This document shows positions 17,744 through 17,843 of a stretch of 17,843 nucleotides of DNA, piece after piece. How positions within the stretch are numbered: position 1 is the stretch's first letter; each line of letters begins with the position of its first letter. A program made the position numbers and the translations under genes. The notes under the pieces were generated by a model. That model was given only the letters and a program-made list of their open reading frames with translations, ran no database searches and had not been told where the DNA came from. The DNA lies in NCBI GenBank assembly GCA_044229145.1, contig JBGATO010000074.1, forward strand, positions 1-17,843, read 5' to 3'. This DNA is from Candidatus Eiseniibacteriota bacterium (lineage in GTDB: Bacteria; Eisenbacteria; RBG-16-71-46; CAZEPH01).

Positions 17744-17843
17744 ATGCTCGACCTCGAACGCCGCGGCGTGGTGACGCACGTCTGGCTGGCGCGGACCGAC
17801 GCGCGCAACGCGCTCAACACGCAGTTGATCGACGACCTCGCGC
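17744..17843 (+). CDS. Crotonase N-terminus (partial), probably methylglutaconyl-CoA hydratase
   Basis: AGGAG RBS; MLDLERRGVVTHVWLARTDARNALNTQLIDDLA matches a crotonase start (RNAL motif); directly follows mccB as liuC does in liu operons. Confidence 0.75.
   Translation, partial: MLDLERRGVVTHVWLARTDARNALNTQLIDDLA

Overview
GC-rich bacterial window with 20 genes (two truncated at the edges) and no evident RNA gene, CRISPR array or mobile element. Secreted-protein motifs hint at the Eisenbacteria/Krumholzibacteria/Latescibacteria group (inference). The main block is a minus-strand CoA-thioester catabolic cluster: aldehyde dehydrogenase, crotonase, two small ferritin-like BoxB/PaaA-type paralogues (one with all six di-iron ligands, one missing three), a CoA-transferase beta subunit, and a hidden UxxC selenoprotein. 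The ORF track splits the selenoprotein at an in-frame TGA that is followed by a SECIS-like hairpin. An oppositely oriented PGI-type gene follows. A second, tightly coupled minus-strand run then encodes HAD hydrolase, RtcB, an ICL/PEP-mutase protein, a crotonase, the CoA-transferase alpha subunit, a CPBP protease and an MDR reductase. The right end has a secreted protein ending in WGSIKAIYR, two tandem acidic paralogues of unknown function, and the start of a methylcrotonyl-CoA carboxylase operon. Best novelty candidate: a compact heteromeric aryl-CoA epoxidase pathway with no reductase in the window and a linked selenoprotein. All family assignments come from reading motifs by eye; no searches were run.
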